Made by a program: the position numbers and the translations under genes. Below are positions 1 to 9,110 of a stretch of DNA of 64,000 nt, in pieces. Below the pieces are notes generated by a model. The model was given only the letters and a program-made list of their open reading frames with translations. It was not told where the DNA came from and made no database searches. Within the stretch, counting starts at the first letter, position 1; every line of letters starts with the position of its first letter. Origin of the DNA: Patescibacteria group bacterium. GTDB taxonomy: Bacteria; Patescibacteriota; Microgenomatia; UBA1400; PJMF01. The DNA lies in contig JAHDXH010000003.1 of the NCBI GenBank assembly GCA_023382875.1, positions 7,608-71,607 on the forward strand. The letters are read 5' to 3'.

Positions 1-322
1 GGCTGAAGTTATTAATTCCATTCAAAGAATTTTGAGGGTTATCTTTTCTAAAGATTACGCAGACAAAAGAATTTCTTTGAATATTAATAACTATCGTGAA
101 GATCGCCTTGTACAACTTCGTGAAAAAATTCAAGGTATTTGCGAAAAATTAGTTGAACCAGATGATGAATATGTGTTCCCTTTCATCACTTCATTTGAAA
201 GATATAATATTCATTCTTTAGTTTCTGGTGAACCTGAGTTCGCTGATTTTGAAAGCTTTTCTGAAGGCGAAGGCAGTGGTCGTCGCTTAATAATTCGCAG
301 GAAATCAGTTTCAGCTGAATGA
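1..322 (+). CDS. jag: Jag/KhpB (EloR) RNA-binding protein, C-terminal KH/R3H part (5' truncated by window)
   Basis: Frame is open from base 2. 'LNINNYREDR' and R3H-like 'SFERYNIH...ESFSEGEGSGRRLII' match the Jag C-terminus. Confidence 0.75.
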   Translation, partial: AEVINSIQRILRVIFSKDYADKRISLNINNYREDRLVQLREKIQGICEKLVEPDDEYVFPFITSFERYNIHSLVSGEPEFADFESFSEGEGSGRRLIIRRKSVSAE

Positions 323-335
323 TATACTGCCAGTT

Positions 336-767
336 ATGGCAAAGTATTCACTTCTCAAAATTTTTACTGACGGCGGTTCTAGGGGTAATCCTGGAACAGC
401 TGGTATTGGTGTGCATGTCGTAGATGATCAAGACCAAACTGTTTTTGATTATCATGAATTTGTGGGTATTACTACAAATAACGTAGCTGAATATAGGGCG
501 GTAATTGCCGCCACTAAATGGCTTCAAGATTTTTCTAGTCAAAACGAAATCGAAAAAGTGGAATTTTATTTGGACTCTAAGCTTGTTGTGGAACAAGTTA
601 AGAAAAATTGGAAAATTAATGAATCTCATCTTCAAGACTTGGCAAGAGAAGTTTGGCAAGAGCTTAAGAAACTTTTAGTTCCCTACTCTTTTACCCACGT
701 TCGTCGTGAAATGAATAAGGTAGCGGATCTTTTGGCAAATCAGGCTATGGACGCTGGACAGTTATAG
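336..767 (+). CDS. rnhA: Ribonuclease HI
   Basis: 'FTDGGSRGNPG', 'TNNVAEY', 'DSKLVVEQ' and 'HVRREMNKVADLLAN' catalytic motifs. Confidence 0.93.
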   Translation: MAKYSLLKIFTDGGSRGNPGTAGIGVHVVDDQDQTVFDYHEFVGITTNNVAEYRAVIAATKWLQDFSSQNEIEKVEFYLDSKLVVEQVKKNWKINESHLQDLAREVWQELKKLLVPYSFTHVRREMNKVADLLANQAMDAGQL

Positions 768-846
768 TTGTCACTACTTTTATCCACTGATTTTGACTTT
801 CAATTTAGTCTAAAATGAAACTACTCCATCCGTTGGATGTTGTTTT

Positions 847-3756
847 ATGTCGCGACGCCTAATTACTCAACTAGCCGAAGATCAGCCAAGAGTTTTATTG
901 ATTGGTGAAGAAACAAATTTAAAGCAAAAAATTGTCGATTTTTTACAAAGACAAGATTTAAGCGTTACTTCATTGGAAAAATTCGATGAAAAGGAATTGA
1001 CTAGATTTCCGCTTCAAGATTTTTACCGAATTATCTGCCTTGGTAGTAGTGATGAGAACTCAGAAAATCTGAAATATCTACCAAATCTATCTAATTTATT
1101 AGTTGTTAGCTTGGTAAATTCACTTGATGAAAGAGTTGTTTATTTTGATTTGCCTGATCAAATTGTAGGAATTGATGTTGTTGAAGATCAAAAATTGTTG
1201 GAAAAATTCAAACGAATTTTTGAAAACATTGACCAAGGAGTTCTACTTGATCTAAGAATCGATTTTTTTCTGCAAAGTCAAGAAAACTTTTTATCGATAA
1301 TTAAACATCATCTATTAACGCCTCAAAAAGAAAAAATATTGATTAAAGGGCAAAAACAGTCTAGTCTGTCTGTTTTAAATGAAATTAATAGGTTGATTAA
1401 TCTTATTTACAAAGTTGATGGCTTGCAGATTAAAGAAAGTTTAGAGTCTTACTCCAAGCTAGAGTTTTTAGGTTTTGAAACAATTCAAAAAGAAGCTGAA
1501 GCTTTGCCAAGTTTAGTTGAATCATTGGTTAAATATTGCTATCACCACCGCTCTCAAGAAAAAACTAATAATACTGAGGTTTATAAAAATACCTACCACG
1601 CACAAAGTTTAGTTAGACCTAATGTTTCTTCCGTCACTTCGACTACTAGCACTCCCATGGCAACTTCGGTGGAAAGATTAAGAGTTACAGCTACGTTGCC
1701 AAATTTTAAATCTGTTTCAGTTGAGAAGGCTCCAGTAAAAAACAAAATTACAAGCTCCGAAGCTACTAGTCTGACTCCAGAGATAAAACAAGAGAAAATC
1801 GACAGTGCAGTGGCTCAAAATCCTTCTATTGATGAGCGACTTAGTCAGATCTTTAAGGAAAAAAGAGTTGATGAAAAGGTGGAAAGAGTTCAAGGTTTTG
1901 TCAAAGAAACTAAAAAGATCAAAAAAATTACTAAGAAAAGAAAAACTTTATTTGGCTTGGGCGTTTTGATGACGGTGTTGGCTACAAGCATGATTTTTTT
2001 GGCTGGTTTTTATTGGTTTTCTGTTCAAAATGTCGAAGCTCGCCTTGAGGGAGTTTTTAGGCAAATATCTGAAGGAAATACACAAATAAACTACTCTCCT
2101 CTTTTGAAATCTGCTTCTGTTCTTGAAAAACAAGCTTTTGTTTATGGGCAAGTTTTGCCGCCAGAAATGCTGAGTGGAGCTGAAAATATTTTAGAAATCA
2201 CTAAAAAAATTTCTGAGTATGAATCACTGTCTAGCGAATATCAGGCTATGATTTTGAATTCAGTGCAGGTTGTCCTGGGTAAAGACTTATTAAATGACTC
2301 TGTAGATGGTCAAAATCAAGCTAAAAAAGCTCAGTCTTTGCAAGAAGTCTCTTCTAAATTACTAGCCCGTTTAAATGACTTAAAAAAAGCTAAAACCAAA
2401 GAAGACGACCAACAAAAAGTCACCAGCTTTATTGATTTGATTAACGGAAAAAAGAATTCTTTGATGATTTATCAGCAACTTTCCCCTGTTCTTGATGAAT
2501 TATTAGGTAAAGAAAAGAAAAAAACCTATGCTTTAGTTTTTCAAAATAATCAGGAGTTAAGACCTACTGGCGGTTTCTTACAGGCTGTGGCTGTTATTAC
2601 GGTTGATAAGGGTATGATCGTCGATTCTCAAGTTTATAGTAGCTACGAGCTTGATCAAAAATTAGGCGGTGCGGTAGTACCTCCAGACGAAGTGATTAAG
2701 TTATTGGGTGAAAATAAGTGGTATTTGCGAGATAGCAATTGGGATCCTGATTTTTCAGTCTCAGGTAAGCAAATTGCTTGGTTTTTAGAACAACAATTGA
2801 ATAAAAATATTGATGGTGTGGTCGGGATAAATTTATATGTCATGCAAAACTTTTTGCGTGAAATCGGTCCTTTGGATCTAGCCGAGTTTAATGAAGTTAT
2901 TACTGATAAAAACCTCTTTGAAAGATCAGAATTCCACTCAGAAATTAAACTTGTTGACACTAGTGCCGTGGAAGATTACCAGGCTAAATTACTTAAATAT
3001 CTGATTAGAGATGTTGTAAGCAAGGGGCAAGATAATCCGCAAAAACTCCTCAATGCTTTAAAAACTTCTCTCCAAGAGAAGCAGATGACTCTTTATTTTG
3101 ATGATGATAACTTGTCTAGTGCCATATCTGGACTTGGTTGGTCTGGTGAATTGGTTATCCCACAATGTCCTACTCAGTTGAGTACTCTACCCTGCCATGT
3201 CGACGCATTAGTGGTTAATGAGAGTAATATCGGTATTAATAAAGCCAATTATCACACCACCAGGCAAGATTCTCACAATATTGAAATTGCTAATAACCAA
3301 ATTAAACATCAAAGAACAATCACTCTAAATAATGAAGCATTTTCCAATGCTTGGCCAAAAGGCGAATATAGATCGTATTTTAGATTTTATTTGCCTGAAC
3401 ACGCTCAATCAGTCGCTTTAACTGTAGATGGTCAAAAGATTCAAGAAAAAGATGTCTTAATTGCTAAACAAGGTAACAATTTAGTTTTAGGATTGTTGGT
3501 TAGTACCCCTATTAAAACCAAGAAAAACATTGAATTGAGTTATACAGTGCCACTCGAGTTTTCTAGTCCATATTCTTATGTGTTCTTCTCGCAAAAACAG
3601 CCAGGTACAAAAGATGTTTTGCAAAATGTAGTTTTGAAGCATTCTCCAGATCTCTCCCCCACTCTAATTGCGCCTAAAGCTGACGTTTCTGGAGACACAA
3701 TTAACTTCCATGATTTGGCGGAAGATCACGCTTTTGTGGGTGTAAGCTTTAAATAA
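847..3756 (+). CDS. DUF4012-domain single-pass membrane protein
   Basis: TM helix at ~aa 368-392; 'FQNNQELRPTGGF', 'RDSNWDPDF', 'NIDGVVGIN' and 'NIGINKAN' are typical DUF4012 motifs. Confidence 0.8.
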   Translation: MSRRLITQLAEDQPRVLLIGEETNLKQKIVDFLQRQDLSVTSLEKFDEKELTRFPLQDFYRIICLGSSDENSENLKYLPNLSNLLVVSLVNSLDERVVYFDLPDQIVGIDVVEDQKLLEKFKRIFENIDQGVLLDLRIDFFLQSQENFLSIIKHHLLTPQKEKILIKGQKQSSLSVLNEINRLINLIYKVDGLQIKESLESYSKLEFLGFETIQKEAEALPSLVESLVKYCYHHRSQEKTNNTEVYKNTYHAQSLVRPNVSSVTSTTSTPMATSVERLRVTATLPNFKSVSVEKAPVKNKITSSEATSLTPEIKQEKIDSAVAQNPSIDERLSQIFKEKRVDEKVERVQGFVKETKKIKKITKKRKTLFGLGVLMTVLATSMIFLAGFYWFSVQNVEARLEGVFRQISEGNTQINYSPLLKSASVLEKQAFVYGQVLPPEMLSGAENILEITKKISEYESLSSEYQAMILNSVQVVLGKDLLNDSVDGQNQAKKAQSLQEVSSKLLARLNDLKKAKTKEDDQQKVTSFIDLINGKKNSLMIYQQLSPVLDELLGKEKKKTYALVFQNNQELRPTGGFLQAVAVITVDKGMIVDSQVYSSYELDQKLGGAVVPPDEVIKLLGENKWYLRDSNWDPDFSVSGKQIAWFLEQQLNKNIDGVVGINLYVMQNFLREIGPLDLAEFNEVITDKNLFERSEFHSEIKLVDTSAVEDYQAKLLKYLIRDVVSKGQDNPQKLLNALKTSLQEKQMTLYFDDDNLSSAISGLGWSGELVIPQCPTQLSTLPCHVDALVVNESNIGINKANYHTTRQDSHNIEIANNQIKHQRTITLNNEAFSNAWPKGEYRSYFRFYLPEHAQSVALTVDGQKIQEKDVLIAKQGNNLVLGLLVSTPIKTKKNIELSYTVPLEFSSPYSYVFFSQKQPGTKDVLQNVVLKHSPDLSPTLIAPKADVSGDTINFHDLAEDHAFVGVSFK

Positions 3757-3844
3757 ATTCTCAATTAATTCCTCAGGCCCACTTGCCTATTCTCTCTTTA
3801 TCGCTTAAGATCGAGTTGCATTATTGTTTAGTTTAAGGAGGGAT

Positions 3845-4510
3845 ATGACCGAAGGAAAAATTACGCTTAAGGTCGAAAAACGAGAACAGCTTGGTAAGAA
3901 AAGTAAAAAACTTCGTAACCAAGGTAAAGTTCTAGGAAATGTGGTGATACCAGGGAAGCCTTCTCTACCCATTTCAGTTGACAGCGGAAAACTCAGGAAA
4001 ATCTATGATGAGGCTGGTGAAAGCACGCTCGTCTACTTGACTGTAGGCGAAGAAAAGTCTGAAAGACCAGTCCTTTTTAAAGACGTGGAGTTCGATACGC
4101 TCAAACACGTCCCGTTTCACGTGGTTTTCATGCAAGTTAACTTGAAAGAAAAAGTCGAAGCTGCGGTACCTATTGAATATGTAGGAGAATTTAAAGTCGA
4201 TGGCGGTGTCTTGCTTAAACTCAGAGATTCCGTTGATGTATCCGCCCTTCCTACTGATTTACCAGAGAACTTCATTATTGACCTTTCAACTCTAAAAGAG
4301 GTTGATCAATCAATCTCTTTGGCTGATTTATCTATTGATAAATCAAAGGTTGAATTTGTCTTATCTGAAGACACCAATCCTGAAGATGTTCTTTTAGTTC
4401 AAGTTCAAGAGGAGAGAACTGAGGAACCTGAGGAAGAAACTCCAGCTGGAGAAGGTGCTGAGGCTGCTCCAGAGGTTACGCCAGCTAAAGAAGAAGAGAA
4501 AGCAGAGTAG
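3845..4510 (+). CDS. rplY: 50S ribosomal protein L25 (Ctc type)
   Basis: 'REQLGKKSKKLRNQG', 'HVVF', 'VSALPTDLPE' and an acidic tail. Start moved to ATG 3845 after the AAGGAGG SD. Confidence 0.92.
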   Translation: MTEGKITLKVEKREQLGKKSKKLRNQGKVLGNVVIPGKPSLPISVDSGKLRKIYDEAGESTLVYLTVGEEKSERPVLFKDVEFDTLKHVPFHVVFMQVNLKEKVEAAVPIEYVGEFKVDGGVLLKLRDSVDVSALPTDLPENFIIDLSTLKEVDQSISLADLSIDKSKVEFVLSEDTNPEDVLLVQVQEERTEEPEEETPAGEGAEAAPEVTPAKEEEKAE

Positions 4511-4533
4511 TTTTCACTTGAAACTAAAAATAG

Positions 4534-4560
4534 AGGAGGGGAGAAATCCCCTCCTTTTTT
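4534..4560 (+). terminator. Intrinsic terminator after rplY
   Basis: AGGAGGGGA-GAAA-TCCCCTCCT followed by a T run; lies between convergent genes. Confidence 0.85.
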
Positions 4561-4577
4561 ATTATTTGCAATTAAAG

Positions 4578-5006
4578 TTAATTGGTTTTAAAAATTGGAT
4601 GATTGGGATCAAGGTTTTTCGACTTAAGTTGGTAGTCTTGATATGATTGATCTTCTCCTTGATAGTGGGAGATTAGGGCTAGATTGAGATAGATGAGGGT
4701 TGTGCCCCCGGTTTTTTTCTCAAGTTCGTTGAGGTTGTTTTTTAAGTTTTTAAACTTGTCGAAGTTCAAGAAAGAAATTTTATTTTCAGATTGAGTATTG
4801 GTAGTAAGTTTGATTGTAGTTGTTTGCTTGTTTTTAACTAGCGCTTGACCAAAAATTGCCAAATAAATAATTAAAATAAATAAACTGAAGCTAAAAAAAC
4901 GATGTTTTAAAAGAGGGTGGAGAATAAAGATCAGGATTGCCTTGAAATTAGTCAATAAAAGACCAATCAAAAAAAATGGAAATAAAAACCACCTGCGCCA
5001 TGTCAT
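4578..5006 (-). CDS. Hypothetical membrane protein with TPR-like C-terminal helix pair
   Basis: Two hydrophobic N-terminal segments; C-terminal 'IYLNLALISHYQG...LDPNHP'; starts 7 nt after the valS stop. Confidence 0.55.
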   Translation of the reverse strand: MTWRRWFLFPFFLIGLLLTNFKAILIFILHPLLKHRFFSFSLFILIIYLAIFGQALVKNKQTTTIKLTTNTQSENKISFLNFDKFKNLKNNLNELEKKTGGTTLIYLNLALISHYQGEDQSYQDYQLKSKNLDPNHPIFKTN

Positions 5007-5013
5007 TGGCTCA

Positions 5014-7221
5014 TTATAAAGGCCAATTCTTGGCGATTAAAGGCTGATTTGGTGTTTGGTTCAGTTCTTGATGAATTGCCTCTGAAACAAACGGGACAAA
5101 AGGGTGGAGAAGAACCAAAAATCTTTTTAGTCCATCTTTGAGCAAATCAGATGAAAGTTTTTGTTGTTTGGTATCTTCAATACAAACGTCACAATACCAA
5201 TGCCAAAACTCTTCGTAAGTAGTTTCACAAGCTTGGCCAATCTTGAAATTAGTTAATTGCTGAGTGACTTGAGCTTCAACTTCGCTCATTTTTTTGATGA
5301 AAGCTTGATTGGTTTCATCTTGGCCTTTAATGTTGAGATCTAGAGCTGTCGTAATAAAACGGGCAGCGTTCCAAATTTTATTACTGAAGTTTCTCATTGC
5401 CTTAAAATCACCCTCACCAACCGATTTATCTAATCCTGCTGTACTTCTGATAACTAAAGCCATTCTGAGGGCATCTGCGCCGTATTTCTCAATGATTTCT
5501 AGAGGATTGATCACGTTACCTTTGCTCTTACTCATTTTTTGACCCTTTTGGTCGCGAACTAGTCCATGAAGATAGACATTGTTGAATGGCAATTCACCTG
5601 TAACAAATTTACCAATCATCAACATTCTCATTACCCAGAAAGGCAAAATATCGTAGCCAGTTTCCATTACTTGAGTAGGGTAGAAACGAGCGAAGTCATT
5701 TTGCTCTTGTGAAGCGAGTAGAGTGGAGAATGGCCACTGAGCCGATGAAAACCAAGTATCAAAGGTATCGGTTTCTTGAATCCAATTTACATTTTCGTCT
5801 GGTTGAGTGGGGGAGACTACATATTCAGCAGTGTCTGGAACATTGATTGATTGTAGGCCAGACTTAATCTCTTCTAGACTATATCCTTGTTTAATAGCGT
5901 CGCTAAGTAAACTGTTGATGGTTTGTTTGTCTTTATTAACAAAAACAACTTGAATATTTTGAGTTTCTTCAGTGTTGTACCAAATGGGTAGACGAATACC
6001 CCAAACAATTTGGCGTGAAATATTCCAATCTCTTAGGTTTTGTAGCCAATGCTTGAGAATTTTGTCATGACCGGCCCCGTGGACGGCTAATTTTTTACTA
6101 TCTAAGGCTTCTAAAATAGGCTCAACTAAAGGCTTAACCTTAATGAAGAATTGAGGAAGTGGTAATGGCTCAATAACACGCTTGCAGCGATAACAAGTGC
6201 CGACAGTATGAAGATATGGTTCTTTTTTGACAATTTGACCATTTTCTTCAAGTGCTAAGACGACTGCTTCGCGAGCTTTATTGACATTGAGATTAGAAAA
6301 TTGCTCTGGGACGTTGGTGGTTTTTCCAAGATGATTAATGACCGCGATTGGTTTTGAAACCTCATTCAAATGCCTTTGCCAAACATCGTAATCATTGGGA
6401 TCGTGGAATGGAGTGATTTTTAATACACCTGTACCAAAGTCTGTTTTGACATAGTCATCACTAATAACTGGTAGTGAAATTTTCCCCCAAGGGAAATCTG
6501 CTTCAACATTTTGGCCAATGAAATCTTTGTAGCGTGAATCGCTTGGATTTACGGCCAAAGCAACATCACCAAAAAGTGTTTCTGGTCTAACTGTAGCTAC
6601 TTGAAGAGGACCATATTGGATGGTGTATAGCGTGTCAGATTTTTCTTCGTGTTCGACTTCTAATTCAGAATAACTTGTTCCACATTTTGTACAGTAGTTA
6701 ACAAGCTTTAAACTGCGATAAACTAATCCTTTTTCATGCAATTTGGAAAAAGTATTTAAAACCACTTCAACCACTTTTGGATCAAGCATAAACTTAAATC
6801 TTGACCAATCAGCACTAGCGCCAATCTTCTTCATCTGCCCAGTGGCGACTTCGGAGTTTTCTTGAACATAATCCCAAATCATTTTGTAAAGAGTTTCTCG
6901 GTCATAGTCAAAACGGCTTTCGCCTTTTTTGGCTAACTTTTTTTCAAAAACAAATTGAGTTTCGATGCCGGCGTGGTCAGTTCCAGGAAGCCAAAGCGTA
7001 TCGAGGCCGCGCATGCGGTTAAAGCGAATTAAAATATCTTCAATAGCAATAAACATGGCATGACCGATGTGAAGGGGGTCATTGGCATTTGGTGGAGGCA
7101 TCATGATACAAAAACTTTGGTCTTTGTGATCAGGGTATGAATCAGGAGAAAAAAAGTTACCTTTTTCCCATAATTCATAAATTTTTTGCTCGTATTCTTT
7201 AAAGTTGTAGGCCGAGTCCAT
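5014..7221 (-). CDS. valS: Valine--tRNA ligase (compact, no C-terminal coiled coil)
   Basis: 'PPPNAN..LHIGH', 'PGTDHAGIETQ', 'DWNISRQIVWG', 'DTWFSS' and 'KMSKSKGN'. Confidence 0.96.
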   Translation of the reverse strand: MDSAYNFKEYEQKIYELWEKGNFFSPDSYPDHKDQSFCIMMPPPNANDPLHIGHAMFIAIEDILIRFNRMRGLDTLWLPGTDHAGIETQFVFEKKLAKKGESRFDYDRETLYKMIWDYVQENSEVATGQMKKIGASADWSRFKFMLDPKVVEVVLNTFSKLHEKGLVYRSLKLVNYCTKCGTSYSELEVEHEEKSDTLYTIQYGPLQVATVRPETLFGDVALAVNPSDSRYKDFIGQNVEADFPWGKISLPVISDDYVKTDFGTGVLKITPFHDPNDYDVWQRHLNEVSKPIAVINHLGKTTNVPEQFSNLNVNKAREAVVLALEENGQIVKKEPYLHTVGTCYRCKRVIEPLPLPQFFIKVKPLVEPILEALDSKKLAVHGAGHDKILKHWLQNLRDWNISRQIVWGIRLPIWYNTEETQNIQVVFVNKDKQTINSLLSDAIKQGYSLEEIKSGLQSINVPDTAEYVVSPTQPDENVNWIQETDTFDTWFSSAQWPFSTLLASQEQNDFARFYPTQVMETGYDILPFWVMRMLMIGKFVTGELPFNNVYLHGLVRDQKGQKMSKSKGNVINPLEIIEKYGADALRMALVIRSTAGLDKSVGEGDFKAMRNFSNKIWNAARFITTALDLNIKGQDETNQAFIKKMSEVEAQVTQQLTNFKIGQACETTYEEFWHWYCDVCIEDTKQQKLSSDLLKDGLKRFLVLLHPFVPFVSEAIHQELNQTPNQPLIAKNWPL

Positions 7222-7245
7222 AATCGAGGATTATATCAGGATTTA

Positions 7246-9075
7246 TTAAATTCCTTGAAGGTATTTGGCGCTCCATGGAACATAATTTGAATAGAAATTT
7301 TCTTCTCTAATAACTTGGCCATTTTTATCTTTGACCACATAATCAAACGATGCCTTGATGCCAGAAACTGCCCAGTCAATCTGCTTTGTTGTGCCAGCAG
7401 GAATTTCGGTGGTAGGGTAGTAAGCAGCTGGTGGAGCCGAGCGAGGATCCCAAGTTTTATGATTTAAAATCTCGGCAGTACGACCGTCGCTGGTTCCATA
7501 AAGCTCAACATCCATATAAAGATTTTCACTATCACTTTCTGTCTTAATAAGAATATAACCTGGTGTATCGTTAATAAATCTTAAGTCAACGTCACCAGAA
7601 TAAACGGTGGCATCAATACCTGGTTTTTGATTTAGTTCGTAATAACTAACCCGGTAAGAATGAGCCTTTCTTTTGGTAATATTGAGGCCAGCATTTAATG
7701 CAGCCCTGAAAACAGTGGTACTAACCTGACAAACACCGCCTCCGTCGCCCAAAACAGTTTTGCCTCCGCTAATCACATAAGCTGACCTGTAGCCAGTTCT
7801 TTTTGAAACTTCACCCAGTGTTTTATTGAAGCTAAATTCTTCTCCTGGAGCGATTAGTGAATAGTTTATTTTTTGCGCAGTCAAAGCGACATTCCAAATA
7901 CGATTGGGAATGCTGTGTGCGTAATAGCTATCACCATAACCAATTAATTCTTTAATTCCCAAGTCATTGAGTTTTTCTAGAGTTAAGGTTGGTTGGACTG
8001 TTTCTAAAACTAGTTCATTAGTGATTGTTTCTGGAGCTTTGCCTTCAGAGCTACTGGCAATTTCGCCTACAGCATTAGTAATTTTGTTTTTTAATTCCTC
8101 TTTGTTTATGGCCAAGCCGTCTAAATGTGGTTGAAAATCATTGACTTTATATTTGCCATTGGCTAATTTTTCATAATTAAAAATGGCATCCCGACTAGGA
8201 CGGTTAATTTCTGCGGCTAATTCCTCGATCTTTTCATTGAGTTTTCTTTCGTTTATTCCAGTGGGGAAGGAAAGTAAAGAAACTAGCTCAATGGGGTTAA
8301 TTTCAAATTTAATATCTTTATAGCCTGGGCTATTAAAATAAAGAGTCGTGTTAATATATTTAGCGCTGAATTTTTCTGCCTCTATTAGTTCTTCATCAGA
8401 CAATACTTTATAAGTCGGTTTTGGTTCAGAAGTTAACTCAATATTATTTGAGTCATTCTTTTCATTCAATTTTTGAGAAATTAAGTTAATTAATTCGATT
8501 TGATCAATTTCTGATCCGATTTTTCCTGGGTCAACAGCAAGGGTTTTGAGGTTATTTACGGTACCAAGCTTGGCATATGGATCATGGCCGATAATGTCAA
8601 TTTTTTGTGAGATATAGGCGGTGAAATCGCTAATTTTTTGTGGGTCAAAGTTTTTTTGAAGCGAATAGTCGTGTTTTTCTAATAAAAATTTAACCAAATT
8701 TAAGGGTTTTAAGATGTTTAACTGACTATGGCTTTGTGCGAAAACTTCATCAACTGACTCAGAGGTTTTGTAGGTAAAACTTAATGACCCCGATGTGGTG
8801 CTAAATTCTTGGTTGTTGTTATAAACTTTGATTTCAAAACTTGGTTGGGTTGGAAATTGCTCATTAATTTTTGACAAAGCTTGGTTTTTGTTTAGAAGTG
8901 ATACATCAATGTTGGCGATGTAAGTTTTGTCAGGAAAAATTCCTTTAAGAGAGTTTATAATAAGAATCAAGATAATAAGTCCTAAGCTCAGGAGTGTAAC
9001 TCCGGAAAACAAGATTAGCCAAAGAGCTAAGTGATTTTTAGGTTGGTTGGTGCTTTGGGTAAAGGTACTTATCAT
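7246..9075 (-). CDS. VanW-domain protein with peptidoglycan-binding region
   Basis: N-terminal TM; 'PGEEFSFNKTLG', 'GGGVCQVSTT', 'HSYRVSYY', 'GIDATV' and 'DLRFINDT'. Confidence 0.9.
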   Translation of the reverse strand: MISTFTQSTNQPKNHLALWLILFSGVTLLSLGLIILILIINSLKGIFPDKTYIANIDVSLLNKNQALSKINEQFPTQPSFEIKVYNNNQEFSTTSGSLSFTYKTSESVDEVFAQSHSQLNILKPLNLVKFLLEKHDYSLQKNFDPQKISDFTAYISQKIDIIGHDPYAKLGTVNNLKTLAVDPGKIGSEIDQIELINLISQKLNEKNDSNNIELTSEPKPTYKVLSDEELIEAEKFSAKYINTTLYFNSPGYKDIKFEINPIELVSLLSFPTGINERKLNEKIEELAAEINRPSRDAIFNYEKLANGKYKVNDFQPHLDGLAINKEELKNKITNAVGEIASSSEGKAPETITNELVLETVQPTLTLEKLNDLGIKELIGYGDSYYAHSIPNRIWNVALTAQKINYSLIAPGEEFSFNKTLGEVSKRTGYRSAYVISGGKTVLGDGGGVCQVSTTVFRAALNAGLNITKRKAHSYRVSYYELNQKPGIDATVYSGDVDLRFINDTPGYILIKTESDSENLYMDVELYGTSDGRTAEILNHKTWDPRSAPPAAYYPTTEIPAGTTKQIDWAVSGIKASFDYVVKDKNGQVIREENFYSNYVPWSAKYLQGI

Positions 9076-9110
9076 CTGTTATACTTAATTTTGACATTAT
9101 TTTAAGGATT

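Noticed and set aside
7246-9075. Vancomycin resistance cluster
   Set aside because: A lone VanW-domain gene without vanHAX or vanRS; more plausibly a peptidoglycan cross-linking/remodelling enzyme.
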